A stretch of 64,000 bases of DNA. Origin: a virus. Lineage: Duplodnaviria > Caudoviricetes. Location: positions 4,965 through 68,964 of IMG/VR virus record IMGVR_UViG_2974646296_000001. One strand, given 5' to 3'. The notes under the pieces were generated by a model. It did not search any database, was not told where the DNA came from, and worked only from the letters and a program-made list of their open reading frames with translations. Below, one piece after another: positions 48,476 through 58,718 of the stretch (position 1 is its first letter; each line of letters starts with the position of its first letter). Both the position numbers and the translations under genes were made by a program.

Positions 48476-50592
48476 TATTGGTTACCTTGTTTATTGGTGT
48501 CTAAAAAAGTTTTAACAATATCTCGTTGAGTATTGCCTTTGGCTTGAGCTTGCATTAACTCAAGTTCTCTTTCTTGTTTTACACCTGTTTCTTGTTCAAC
48601 AAAATCAAGTGTGTTCAAATCTGCTTCGGTATTTGCTTTACGTGCTTTAGCTGCTTCAGCTTGAGCTTCATAAGGCATCAATTGAATTTCAGCTTGTAGT
48701 TTAGCAATACGCATTTGTAATTCTTGTGCTTCCAATTGTTTAATTTGTATTTCCAATTGTGCTTGTGGTGATGGTTCAGGATTATATTTACTAATCATCT
48801 TAGATAAATCTGGCATACCACGTAGCTTAGCAATTTCACCCAATATAAGTTTTGTCATATCAAATGGCAAGCTTTGACCCATAGTTTGAAGCATAAAACT
48901 AAGTTCTTGAGCTTTAATTGCATCAGTTTCTGCATTAGAAATACTTAATTTAATATCAAATGAACCAACTAAGTTATCTCTGTTAATCTGCACAAACTCT
49001 TCATCAGTGATACGAATTACTTCTTCATCTGATAACCAAACAGAATTCATAGCTAAAATCTTCTTAGCTACTTCAGTTAATCCATTAGCTAATCTACGAA
49101 GAATACCTAATTCACGTTTACCACTTGCACCAATTACACCTTGTACCCCAGTAGCAGTTGTACCTAATGAATCACCAGTTAAACCTTGTGAGAATGATTT
49201 AACACCAGATAATGCATCTGCCTCTAAAGTAAACATTTGGAGCATATTGTAACTACTTGCAGGTAACTCTGGATACTTATGTTCAATGATATCTGTTACA
49301 GGATTGGTTCCCGGATTATATTTATAATCCTCACCCATTTTAAACTTACGCTCATTTACCGGGTCTAATAAGTTCTTAGACATTCCTCGTTGACCATTAG
49401 CACTACGTGCCATTGCATCAATCATTCCACGAGTTAATGCACCAATTAATTTTTGGTTATCTGATATTAATTCAGCATCTGCTTCACCATATACAGAATC
49501 TTTAACAGGTAAGTAAGGAACTACTACAAATGGTAATTTACCATCAGGGTATGGATTCTTCTCTAAACGAATCATTACATCGTCAACCCAAGATGCAACA
49601 ATAGGTGTAGTTACACCTGAACCATCAATATCCCAGTATCCCCAATACTCATAAACTACAATTTTCTTACGTGCTTTATCACTAAACGTAAATGAAGTAT
49701 CAGAAGAGTAATGGTCACTACTAGTGCTAGTTGAGGAATCTTCTTTAATATATTCAAGATTAGAGTAAATACCATACTTCTCTAAATCACTACGAGAACT
49801 CTCAAAAGAATAAATAACAAACTTAGCTTCATCTAAGTTACCATTGCATGTTGGGTCAATAGTTACATTGTGGTAATCACAGATAGTCACTTCAGGTTGG
49901 TTCTTAACTGTTTTAATTACTTCCTGTTCTTCGTAACCATTAATAATAGCTAAGATTGGTCTATTATTAGCTACCGAGTATCTAACAGATTCAGCTAATG
50001 CTTCTGGCATAGTATCTAAGATACTTGGATTCATTTGGTACATTTGTACAGCTTGGTTAATTAAATCTATTGATTCACCAGTAGCTTCTACATATTGAAA
50101 TACAGGAACATTCTCAGTTACCTTGGTTTCTTCTAAACACCAAGATGTTCTGAAAATAACTGTACCTTCATTAACAGCAGTACGAACCATAGTATCAATT
50201 AACTTAACCTTATCTAATTGGTTATTAAATTGATAATTGAGAATAGCTTCATTCTGTCTAGCTGCTTCTCTATCTTGCCAAGTTTTAGGTGCAATACTAA
50301 AAATATTTTCATCATTCAGAAATGGTTCACTTAAAGCTGAATATCTCCACTCTGCTTGCTTACGGATAAGCTTAGGTTGTACAGAACTTCTACCTACTTG
50401 TTGCTTAGGTTTATAAGCACCAGTTACATTTAACTGAGCCAACCAATCATCAATAATTGCTACCTGTGTATCTTTAGTAGACTTAGCATTATTAAAATCA
50501 TTTAGTAAATCACTTACTTTCGGCTTATTTTTCCAGTCTTCTTGAAGACTAGGAACTGTATCTTCTAAGAATTCTTCGTTAATATCAGACAT
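48475..50592 (-). CDS. Portal protein (N4 gp59-like)
   Basis: WKNKPKVSDL, GRSSVQPKLIRKQAEWRY, VYEYWG. Confidence 0.95.
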   Translation of the reverse strand: MSDINEEFLEDTVPSLQEDWKNKPKVSDLLNDFNNAKSTKDTQVAIIDDWLAQLNVTGAYKPKQQVGRSSVQPKLIRKQAEWRYSALSEPFLNDENIFSIAPKTWQDREAARQNEAILNYQFNNQLDKVKLIDTMVRTAVNEGTVIFRTSWCLEETKVTENVPVFQYVEATGESIDLINQAVQMYQMNPSILDTMPEALAESVRYSVANNRPILAIINGYEEQEVIKTVKNQPEVTICDYHNVTIDPTCNGNLDEAKFVIYSFESSRSDLEKYGIYSNLEYIKEDSSTSTSSDHYSSDTSFTFSDKARKKIVVYEYWGYWDIDGSGVTTPIVASWVDDVMIRLEKNPYPDGKLPFVVVPYLPVKDSVYGEADAELISDNQKLIGALTRGMIDAMARSANGQRGMSKNLLDPVNERKFKMGEDYKYNPGTNPVTDIIEHKYPELPASSYNMLQMFTLEADALSGVKSFSQGLTGDSLGTTATGVQGVIGASGKRELGILRRLANGLTEVAKKILAMNSVWLSDEEVIRITDEEFVQINRDNLVGSFDIKLSISNAETDAIKAQELSFMLQTMGQSLPFDMTKLILGEIAKLRGMPDLSKMISKYNPEPSPQAQLEIQIKQLEAQELQMRIAKLQAEIQLMPYEAQAEAAKARKANTEADLNTLDFVEQETGVKQERELELMQAQAKGNTQRDIVKTFLDTNKQGNQ

Positions 50593-50661
50593 ATCTAATA
50601 CCTAGTGTTAGTTAAATTGAATTAAATATACTATTTAAATCTTTATAAGGAAACTTTTCAT

Positions 50662-50949
50662 ATGTTTGAGTCCATAGCTATTCAGGTTATAGCAGGGGTA
50701 ACCATTGCTGCAATAGTAGGTATCTTAGGTTGGTTTTTACTACTTAAGAAACTAGAAATAAAATTATCCCAACTAGAAGAGGAATTTAGTAAAAGTTTTA
50801 CCTCTATGGATAAACGTGTAGTTTTGCTTGAAGAACATCTTCGTCAACAAACTGAGATTAACTATTCATTACGTGCTGAACTTCAAATAATAAACGTTAA
50901 GTTTAGTAACCTTCTAGATAATCTTGATAGATTACTCCCAAACAAATAA
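50662..50949 (+). CDS. Membrane-anchored coiled-coil protein
   Basis: N-terminal TM helix followed by heptad-rich sequence. Confidence 0.6.
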   Translation: MFESIAIQVIAGVTIAAIVGILGWFLLLKKLEIKLSQLEEEFSKSFTSMDKRVVLLEEHLRQQTEINYSLRAELQIINVKFSNLLDNLDRLLPNK

Positions 50950-51251
50950 GCCACTTTTGTGGCTTTATTTATATATAAAAAATACCTCCACATGTGTAGA
51001 GGTATTTTAGGTTAGTTATTGGTTTGGCGGTAAAGTTAACTGCTAGCGGGAATATACATAATAAACCTATAACAGGTACCCCAAGTTTTGTAAAAGTGGT
51101 GCCTAACTGTTGTTTTGGTTACCATATCCAGTAATGAGCAATAGTATTAATATAAGTGATGTCAATATTGATTTCTATGTTGCCGAAACCAGAAAGTTGG
51201 TTAATGAACTGGTGTTAAAAAGCCCTCGTGATTGAGGGCTTTAGTTTTAGG

Positions 51252-51455
51252 TTAGTAACCAAATCTAGACATTACAGCCTGGTCAATGACGGTTTCTTCT
51301 TCCCAGACAGGAGCTATATATCCGTCATCACCCTCTTTTAGCAACACATCATAATCTTCTGGATAAACAGCGCGATCATGACGAACGGTGATTGTTGCGA
51401 TTTCTAGCGCCTGATCACGAGTAATGCCCGCTTGTTTTGCATCGGTAGGGCTGAC
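51252..51455 (-). pseudogene. Startless 3' gene remnant, probably the C-terminus of a former tail fibre
   Basis: Open - frame VSPTDAKQAGITRDQALEIATITVRHD...DQAVMSRFGY*, no start codon before stop 51477-51479; followed by a hairpin at about 51220-51245. Confidence 0.55.
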
Positions 51456-52055
51456 GAAAACCCTGCGACACGTGAATTACCTTGGCATAAAAACCACAGT
51501 GCTATCGTCGTAGCCAAAGCTGCTGAGGCTCATATGGTTTATGGTAAGGATATTACTCAGTTTATTATCAATCACGCTAAGACTGACCCTTGGGACTTCC
51601 TCCTACGGGTCAAAGCACCTCGGTCAGCACGTGTAGTAGCATGTGAATCAAACGAGAAAGTGACCACCGAGTACGTCGAGGATATCGATCTTGTTGAACT
51701 ACGTGACGGCGAAACCTTGGTTCCTAATATCACCCGTTACTACGCGAGTATCGACGGTGTTTACCTTTATAAGATAATGGCACCAACTGCTGTACAGATT
51801 GATAACTGGAACAACGTACCTCACTGGTATCACGTTGACACCGGTACTCACAAGTGCGCTAAGAAAGCACCTAGTGGTAAGTGGGTTGAGGGAACCAAGC
51901 CTAGTGACATGCCACCGATGATACGTATAGGTATTGACAGTGGAGTTAAGTTGAGACTATGTAACACTATTGTTGGTGAGTTAGCTCTACATTGTTTAGA
52001 CATTAACTATTACGTCAAACAAGCTGAGAAGTTGGTAATAAAAAACCCCTCGTAG
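51456..52055 (+). pseudogene. C-terminal fragment of a foreign phage DNA polymerase
   Basis: WHKNHSAIVVAKAAEA, DFLLRVKAPRS, NITRYY, DINYYVKQAEKL resemble the end of siphoviral family-B-like polymerases; no RBS and no catalytic core. Confidence 0.65.
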
Positions 52056-52079
52056 TGAGGGGCTGTACAAGATGTGGGT

Positions 52080-54506
52080 TTATTTAATCCTTTCTAACTG
52101 CTCCACTCTGTCCATCAAATCCTGTATAACCTTAGTTAAATAAGGTACGATTTTAGAGTGATCTACAGCTTGATAAACAGGCTCTCCATCTTGATTTAGC
52201 TCATCTTTAGTTCCTGTTACCGCCTCTGGAATTTGCTCAGCCAATTCGTGCGCTAAAAACCCTGTTGTAGTAGACCCGTCTCTAATCCAATCAAAAGTAA
52301 CAGGGTTAAGATTTTTTACAATGCTTAACGCATTATCGCACTCTCGAATGTTTGTTTTTAGTCTATAGTCAGAACTTGTATTGTATGCTGTTGCATTAGA
52401 GGAAACCGAGATACCACCTACCGCCGACCCATTTTTATAAAAAGACGTAACTGCGCCGTCAGTTCCTGTTCTGTTTAGTAATTGAATTACGTTGCTGTCA
52501 GATGATGCCCCAAAAGTTCCAGATGGAGTTAAAACAAACTTCCCAGAGCTTGATCCGTTGATCCAAGGTACATTGTCTGAATCATTCCTTAACCCCCCTG
52601 CATTCATAAAGATAGACTTGGCAGACGCTCGAGTTACAACGTCATCTTCCGTCCCAGCGGCGTAAAAATGAAAGTAAATGTTACCATCTGCACTTAAACT
52701 TAGACCACTAGCCGTGCCGTCAGATTTATACCGACGATGGTTATCAGCAGACTGATAGTTATTCCTGTCCAGTGTCAAATTCTTGCCGTTACTGCCCGAT
52801 ACAAAACAATAATCACCCAACTGTGTGAACACGGAGTCGGTATTGAGGGGTTTAACTCCATCCAATAAAGTTTCTGTGCTACCAAAATTAGTAGTTCGCT
52901 TCAGCAGTAGGTTATTGTCTCTGAGTAAAGGAATTTGGTTATAAACAGAGTAAGAATACTCTCCTGTATCTCTGTTTATTACTGTTGATGTTCCGTCAAC
53001 ATCGGCCCATGTACCACTGGACTTAGTAAAAGTATGATTTCCTGAAACTACACCAGAACCTTCGTATGACACAATGACTCGATCACCAGTGAAATCGCCA
53101 GTGCAAAATCTAATATGAACCTCTGCACCACGCTTTGCTCTCACCAAAACGTCTAAGTTTGTTACATCTATAGTTCGTGCTTCAACTTTAGATCCGTATG
53201 CCAAGATCCCGGCGCCAACAAATCCAGCGCTGTATTTAATGTTACTGCAACTGACTTCCCCACTACAAAACCAGTATGCCAAACCACCAGATTCACCGCT
53301 GTACAGCGGGGTGGTATGATCTATCGTAATATCTTGGGTGTTTGAACCCCCAGCGTTTACAAAGAAAATAGACCCTACCAATACATCATCGGGATTTCCT
53401 GTTGCACTTTTTATTGTTGCGCTGCATGGTTCATGTAAATTTTGGTTAGTTGCTCTGCTAGTTGATGGCACTTTAACATCTTCAGCCGAGTAGTCCCCCG
53501 GTTCAATTTCAATCGAAAATTTGAAATCAAGGTAACGTGGAAATAGATTTGCTGCTTTTTGTATCGTGGAAATCTGCGATGTAGACACAACGAAAGTCGT
53601 GTCTTTTTCATAACCGCTTACGCGCTCTTTGCTTAGTTCCACATGATTAGCCACTGCTTTAAAAGTTTCATTGTTGTTGGAGTCTTTTAAATATCCGAAA
53701 TAACTTACGTTAATATCATTTTCATAGGTACGACTCCACCCGCCCACGTCACTACTCGATTCAGCAAACCAAGTCTTAAGCTGACCTTGATCATTCCAAT
53801 CAGTCGGAAAAGGTCTGTTGGGGTCAATAAAAGTTCCACCATTGTGACGACCAGTACCCCATACAAACGTACCCCCACCCGATAAGTAATCAAGATCGTG
53901 GTAAGAAGCAACACTAACCTGAATACCTCCCACACCTACTAATCCTTGCAAGTCCTTAACCGTACCAACGTGCCACATTGCTCCATCAATAGCACTAGCA
54001 GGATGTGCCCCTACCTCATCACGATTATTCAACTTCGAGTGGTCGTTTGCATCAAACGGCCCAACAAAGGCTAAATCGGGCGTAGCTCCAGTAGGTTCGT
54101 AGGGCAACGTCGTGGTCGTTAGGGGTTTGTACGCTATGCCGTTATACACCATAAACTGATTGTACGCGGTGAACGTCTGTCCAGCTTGCCAAGAACCATT
54201 CCCAAGTGGAACTGCTTCTAAATCACTCACAATATCTTTAATTTGTTCTAAAACATCATTAGCTAAAATCGCACTATTATTTGCATTCTCCGCCGCAATA
54301 GGGGCATTTTTAATTTCATCTATATTTTCTGCACATGCTTTAATATTATCTAATTCTGGTATAAGTAAATTTACCTGAGTTAAGTTATCAGCTACGGAAG
54401 ACACTTTTTCTAAGTTGTCAGACACGTCTTTAACTTTATCGTAAGCTGACCCAATATATTTCTGAACTAAGCAATCATAAGCCCTACTGCTAGTTACTTT
54501 TTTCAT
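52080..54506 (-). CDS. Tail fibre/tailspike with C-terminal peptidase S74 chaperone
   Basis: N4-type start LVQKYIGSAYDKVK; SDYRLKTNI...GFLAHEL...VDHSKIVPYL. Confidence 0.9.
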   Translation of the reverse strand: MKKVTSSRAYDCLVQKYIGSAYDKVKDVSDNLEKVSSVADNLTQVNLLIPELDNIKACAENIDEIKNAPIAAENANNSAILANDVLEQIKDIVSDLEAVPLGNGSWQAGQTFTAYNQFMVYNGIAYKPLTTTTLPYEPTGATPDLAFVGPFDANDHSKLNNRDEVGAHPASAIDGAMWHVGTVKDLQGLVGVGGIQVSVASYHDLDYLSGGGTFVWGTGRHNGGTFIDPNRPFPTDWNDQGQLKTWFAESSSDVGGWSRTYENDINVSYFGYLKDSNNNETFKAVANHVELSKERVSGYEKDTTFVVSTSQISTIQKAANLFPRYLDFKFSIEIEPGDYSAEDVKVPSTSRATNQNLHEPCSATIKSATGNPDDVLVGSIFFVNAGGSNTQDITIDHTTPLYSGESGGLAYWFCSGEVSCSNIKYSAGFVGAGILAYGSKVEARTIDVTNLDVLVRAKRGAEVHIRFCTGDFTGDRVIVSYEGSGVVSGNHTFTKSSGTWADVDGTSTVINRDTGEYSYSVYNQIPLLRDNNLLLKRTTNFGSTETLLDGVKPLNTDSVFTQLGDYCFVSGSNGKNLTLDRNNYQSADNHRRYKSDGTASGLSLSADGNIYFHFYAAGTEDDVVTRASAKSIFMNAGGLRNDSDNVPWINGSSSGKFVLTPSGTFGASSDSNVIQLLNRTGTDGAVTSFYKNGSAVGGISVSSNATAYNTSSDYRLKTNIRECDNALSIVKNLNPVTFDWIRDGSTTTGFLAHELAEQIPEAVTGTKDELNQDGEPVYQAVDHSKIVPYLTKVIQDLMDRVEQLERIK

Positions 54507-55189
54507 ATCCAACCCCCCATACAAGGTTTAATGTTTCTATCGTAATCATTAGAATTCTCTGTACCTAGATTAATTTGTTGGGTACATAGCAACTCAAACT
54601 TCTGTAGCATTGTATTAGCTAACATAATATGTTCTTGGGTAGTACCCCCTGAATAAACCCTGTAAGCAACATAAGCTAATAGTAATGGTTTTAAATGTAG
54701 TGGTAAGTACAAAGCAGTATTTGCTTCATCTACTTTTGGATGTTTAGCTTGGTAAATAACAAACAATGCATCACCATCTACAGGTTGTGGTACTTCCAAT
54801 ACATCTATTGCAGGAGTAGCTACTACAGGGCAAGCTGTCCAATCATTCAAACGTATCTCATTACCTTCTTCATCATATACTGATAGAACTCTAATCAAAT
54901 CCCCTGTAAAAGGATAATCCAATACGTAATCAATATATTTATTGTAAGAAGGTAGTTCACCCTGTACTAAAGTATTTTCTACCTTTAACGGGTAAAGTGT
55001 TCTACCCTCAACTTGAATTAAAGTTAGTTCCCGAGTAAGTAACGGAAAACGAGTATACAGTTCAGTTAAACCAATATTAATACAAGCAATCAACTTACGC
55101 TTATTGTTCGCATCTAATGTACCCATGAACCAACCATGTTGTTGAAGTTCACCAATACTTAAATCAGTAATAATCTCATCTAAATCCAT
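54503..55189 (-). CDS. Head-tail adaptor-like protein (N4 gp67-like)
   Basis: LSIGEL, INIGLTELYTRF, DALFVIYQAKHP; position next to TerL. Confidence 0.8.
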   Translation of the reverse strand: MDLDEIITDLSIGELQQHGWFMGTLDANNKRKLIACINIGLTELYTRFPLLTRELTLIQVEGRTLYPLKVENTLVQGELPSYNKYIDYVLDYPFTGDLIRVLSVYDEEGNEIRLNDWTACPVVATPAIDVLEVPQPVDGDALFVIYQAKHPKVDEANTALYLPLHLKPLLLAYVAYRVYSGGTTQEHIMLANTMLQKFELLCTQQINLGTENSNDYDRNIKPCMGGWI

Positions 55190-55196
55190 AGTAACC

Positions 55197-57809
55197 TCAT
55201 ACTATATAAGAAGACATTGCATAAGATTCAGTCTGTACTTCATCTTCCCACAAGCCAGAAGCATCATTATATTTCAATTCAATGCTTTCACTTGGTTTCC
55301 AAATCTTCATTAAACTCAACATAGAAATAGTATCTATAAAGTCATCATGTTTAGATTTAAAACCACTACGTGAAACCAATGATAATTCATTATGAGCTTC
55401 TACCATTGCAGGATGTTCAGACATATCTTCAGGGAAGTATATCATTCTTTGTTTGAACCAAGGTAATACAGTTAAGAATCTAGTGAACTTCTGGTTCGTA
55501 GGTCTTATACCCGGTTTATTATTGTTACCTTCTGAAGCAATATTAAAGAAGATATTCTTATCCATCATCATAGATTTGATAAGAGATACAAACCCACCCT
55601 GTTGACCGGTAACCTCTATACCTACATCAATTGGTTTATATATCTGAACCAACCTAAATAAATCTTCAATAGTTACATCTATGGTTTGTCTCTTACAAAT
55701 ACCGTCAATCCAATAGAGATACCCTTTATTATTTACTGCCCATACAGATATCACACTAAAGTCAGCTTGTTTCTTCTCGCTAGTAGCAAAGTCAGTAGTA
55801 ATGTAAATATTAAAGTTACCTAAGTTTCGGATTACATCCGACCTTACAAAGTATTGGATATCACCTTGCTCAATTAGCTTATCTTCTTCAGACATAATAC
55901 GTAACATTAACTCTTGGTTAAATGCATCCAGTTTATGCAGTCCTTTCATCTTGTTATAGAGTTTTAGAATAGAATCATAATCAAACCGATCTTCCCAACT
56001 ACCTCTAAACTCTTCTCTACTACAAGGAAATGTTTCACATACTGGATATACGTTTACTGCCCAAGCCCCGGATTCAACTGCTTTATACAATGGGTCACTT
56101 GCATTAAATGGCGTACCTGACCAGATTACTTTTCTCTTGTTTGGGTGCAGAGCAAATTCAATAGCATTGTATACGGTCTCTTCAATAGCTTTAATTACTG
56201 TTGGTGAACGTGCATCTTTATCACTAACCAAGTCATCCAATAAAGCTAATACTGGTCGACTGTTGTTTTCACGAGTTCCACGTACACCTGTCTGTGCGCC
56301 ATGACCACTAACTACAAAAGACTTACCTTCTTTATTTATAAACTCCCAACGTATATCTGTGAAACGTTTATCAGGTATATATTGTTGTAAGAATTCACTA
56401 TTATTCCAACGCTTCTCTAAGGATAACCGCATTTTCTTCACACCATTATCTATAGAGTCAGAAACATATAATGCATAAGGGACTGAACCAAGATTAGGTA
56501 ATTCATTAAATATAGCAATGTACCAAATCAAGTATTCTTTCAAGGTCGTATTGTGTGTAACTATAAAAGATTCTGCTAAAAAGGAGTGTGTAATATCATC
56601 AACAGCTATACATTGGGAAGGTTCCAATTCTATTGTAGTGATAGATTTAATAGCTATTCTTCCTTTTTTATTAGGTACCCACCTATTCACTTTACGGGGC
56701 AACCTAAAAATGCATTTATCAGCATAAATGTAAATACGAAAATATGTTTTTTCGTTGCACAACTTAGCCTCAAAACCAAGACTTCTAACTAACCATAATA
56801 CATCATTAGCTAAACCCTTAGACACTGTACAAAAACTGGATGAATTATTGTACACAGTGCCATCGGTGTCCATTAAACCTTGTAGTAGACTCAAACGTTG
56901 TACAGCACTCCCCCACAACAATTCTTGAGGGATTCGTTTATTATATACGTTTGCTGTTCCTACATACTTTTTGATTACTTTTCCAAGACCTTTGAGGGAA
57001 AATCTAACCCCGTTTGGATTCTTAGAATCAAACCGAACACTATTTTCGTCAGCTCCTTGTAGTTCTGATAAAAAAAACTTCAAATCATCTTTATGTGTGT
57101 GAAATCTAGTAAAACCTGTGTATTTATCTATAGAACCATCACCCAAAATACATCCAACAGTATAAGGGTCTAAAGGAAATTCTACAGGGTCTAGATTTAT
57201 ACATTCTATGGTAGGGATGAACCATTTGGACTCATAACCATTTGGATTCCTATCCGACACGTGACGAGTGTATACAACACCTTTATCCAATAATTGATTT
57301 GTTGTTAGCTCAAATTCTGCAAAACCCCCTAGACTTCTTTTGCCTGTTCTACGTTTCTGGACAATGTTTATATGGTCTTCTGAAACTTTTAATTCTCTGC
57401 CATCTTCCAAAATAATTTTATACATTGGTTTGTGGAAAACTTCTGATTTATGGGTAACTTTAGTTTTCTTACCATTTCGAGTAAAAATAGTATCACCCAC
57501 TTTTAAATCGCTTATAGTAATATTTCCGGTTGGCGTGGGTATTTGTGTATCTAAGCTCAAAGCTTTTGCTATACCACGATGGCACATGTTGATAGTATCT
57601 AAACCTTTTTTAACAAAGTTATCCAACATACGTAGATGGACTACTGGTGTTTTGTTTTCAGGATTACCACCTTCAATTAACTTAATTAAGTTAACCATCT
57701 TCACAGCAAATTCTGAAGGTACATAATCGTTGATATCCGAATAATCACAGTTATTCAGATAATCCTCTACTGTCATTGCTACTTTCGTTTTCTCTGGTAA
57801 ATCACTCAT
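55197..57809 (-). CDS. terL: Terminase large subunit containing an intein
   Basis: HRGIAK|TT Walker A, GVRG, LALLDDL, TDFA...ADFS, HDDFID; likely start MSDLP overlaps the terS stop. Confidence 0.95.
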   Translation of the reverse strand: MSDLPEKTKVAMTVEDYLNNCDYSDINDYVPSEFAVKMVNLIKLIEGGNPENKTPVVHLRMLDNFVKKGLDTINMCHRGIAKALSLDTQIPTPTGNITISDLKVGDTIFTRNGKKTKVTHKSEVFHKPMYKIILEDGRELKVSEDHINIVQKRRTGKRSLGGFAEFELTTNQLLDKGVVYTRHVSDRNPNGYESKWFIPTIECINLDPVEFPLDPYTVGCILGDGSIDKYTGFTRFHTHKDDLKFFLSELQGADENSVRFDSKNPNGVRFSLKGLGKVIKKYVGTANVYNKRIPQELLWGSAVQRLSLLQGLMDTDGTVYNNSSSFCTVSKGLANDVLWLVRSLGFEAKLCNEKTYFRIYIYADKCIFRLPRKVNRWVPNKKGRIAIKSITTIELEPSQCIAVDDITHSFLAESFIVTHNTTLKEYLIWYIAIFNELPNLGSVPYALYVSDSIDNGVKKMRLSLEKRWNNSEFLQQYIPDKRFTDIRWEFINKEGKSFVVSGHGAQTGVRGTRENNSRPVLALLDDLVSDKDARSPTVIKAIEETVYNAIEFALHPNKRKVIWSGTPFNASDPLYKAVESGAWAVNVYPVCETFPCSREEFRGSWEDRFDYDSILKLYNKMKGLHKLDAFNQELMLRIMSEEDKLIEQGDIQYFVRSDVIRNLGNFNIYITTDFATSEKKQADFSVISVWAVNNKGYLYWIDGICKRQTIDVTIEDLFRLVQIYKPIDVGIEVTGQQGGFVSLIKSMMMDKNIFFNIASEGNNNKPGIRPTNQKFTRFLTVLPWFKQRMIYFPEDMSEHPAMVEAHNELSLVSRSGFKSKHDDFIDTISMLSLMKIWKPSESIELKYNDASGLWEDEVQTESYAMSSYIV
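56550..57563 (-). mobile_element. Intein (338 aa, Ala1) with LAGLIDADG endonuclease
   Basis: Begins ALSLDTQIPTP, ends FIVTHN with +1 Thr; GCILGDGS and LQGLMDTDG blocks. Confidence 0.93.
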
Positions 57810-58479
57810 CTTCTTTACCACTCGTAATTGCAGCATGGGCTATGTCTTTAGCAGTCATTTCACCACTTTGAACCAATGCTACTTGTTGTTTACTTAGGTT
57901 AGCTAATGCAGCACTCAAATCTGCAATTACACCTGTATCTGTAGTACCAATCTCTACATTTATCTTAGCTGACTCTGGTGCTTTCAACTCTTTCAATAGA
58001 GTAGCAGCAGCTTGTACTTGGTCACGTTCACACTTAGCATTCTCCATTAAGTCAGCTAATCGAGCTATAGACTTATACCGGATAGAAGCATACATGATAT
58101 GGTCAGGAATAAGCGTTTGCTCATAAATAAGAGTAACCAACTTAGTCTTATTGTAGGTACTTGCGTAAGCAGCCATATCTTTATTAGAGATATTTCTATT
58201 TACCATATCCTGTACTCTAGTAGGGAATACCTTTTGGTAAGCTGCCATATTGCTCATACCCATTGTCTTATAGGATACAAACATTACAGCATTGAAATAG
58301 TCATCTAATTTGAATCTACCTTCTTGCAGTACCTTAGAATAAGTAAGAATATTATCTGTATAAACATTAGCCATTTGTGGGTCAGCAATCATCTTGTTCA
58401 AATCATCTACAAATTGCTGAGTAATTCTGCTCTTATGTTGTTTAGGAACTGAATCTCTAAGTTCTTCTACTGTAAGCAT
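57802..58479 (-). CDS. terS: Terminase small subunit (N4 gp69-like)
   Basis: YSKVLQEGRFKLDDY...AVMFVSYK...YNKTKLV...LKAPE. Confidence 0.85.
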   Translation of the reverse strand: MLTVEELRDSVPKQHKSRITQQFVDDLNKMIADPQMANVYTDNILTYSKVLQEGRFKLDDYFNAVMFVSYKTMGMSNMAAYQKVFPTRVQDMVNRNISNKDMAAYASTYNKTKLVTLIYEQTLIPDHIMYASIRYKSIARLADLMENAKCERDQVQAAATLLKELKAPESAKINVEIGTTDTGVIADLSAALANLSKQQVALVQSGEMTAKDIAHAAITSGKEDE

Positions 58480-58529
58480 GTTACACCTTAATAGAATATT
58501 GGGTTGATATAGTTAAGTAAGGATACAAT

Positions 58530-58718
58530 ATGAATGAAATAAAAATCAAACCTTCTAAGATTGGTTCACTTCGAGCTATCGCTCGTTCTGAGGGAGCTGT
58601 AAATGAAGATGGAAAGATATCAGTTAGGTGTATGTAAAGAAAACTAAAAGACCCAAAGACTTCTACAACAGTAAAGAAAAAGATTAACTTTGCATTGAAG
58701 GCAAGAGAAGGGAATTAA
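58530..58718 (+). pseudogene. Small basic protein with an in-frame TAA
   Basis: MNEIKIKPSKIGSLRAIARSEGAVNEDGKISVRCM*RKLKDPKTSTTVKKKINFALKAREGN*. Confidence 0.6.

Noticed and set aside
51010-51215. Possible gene between the 50662 ORF and the fibre remnant
   Set aside because: Stops occur in the frames I translated and there is no recognisable motif; at most a decayed remnant.
30961-58308. Shadow ORFs over vRNAP, structural, tail and terminase genes (e.g. 31755, 32025, 36849, 46584, 49007, 53411, 57340, 58099)
   Set aside because: Antisense or alternate-frame by-products of long real genes.
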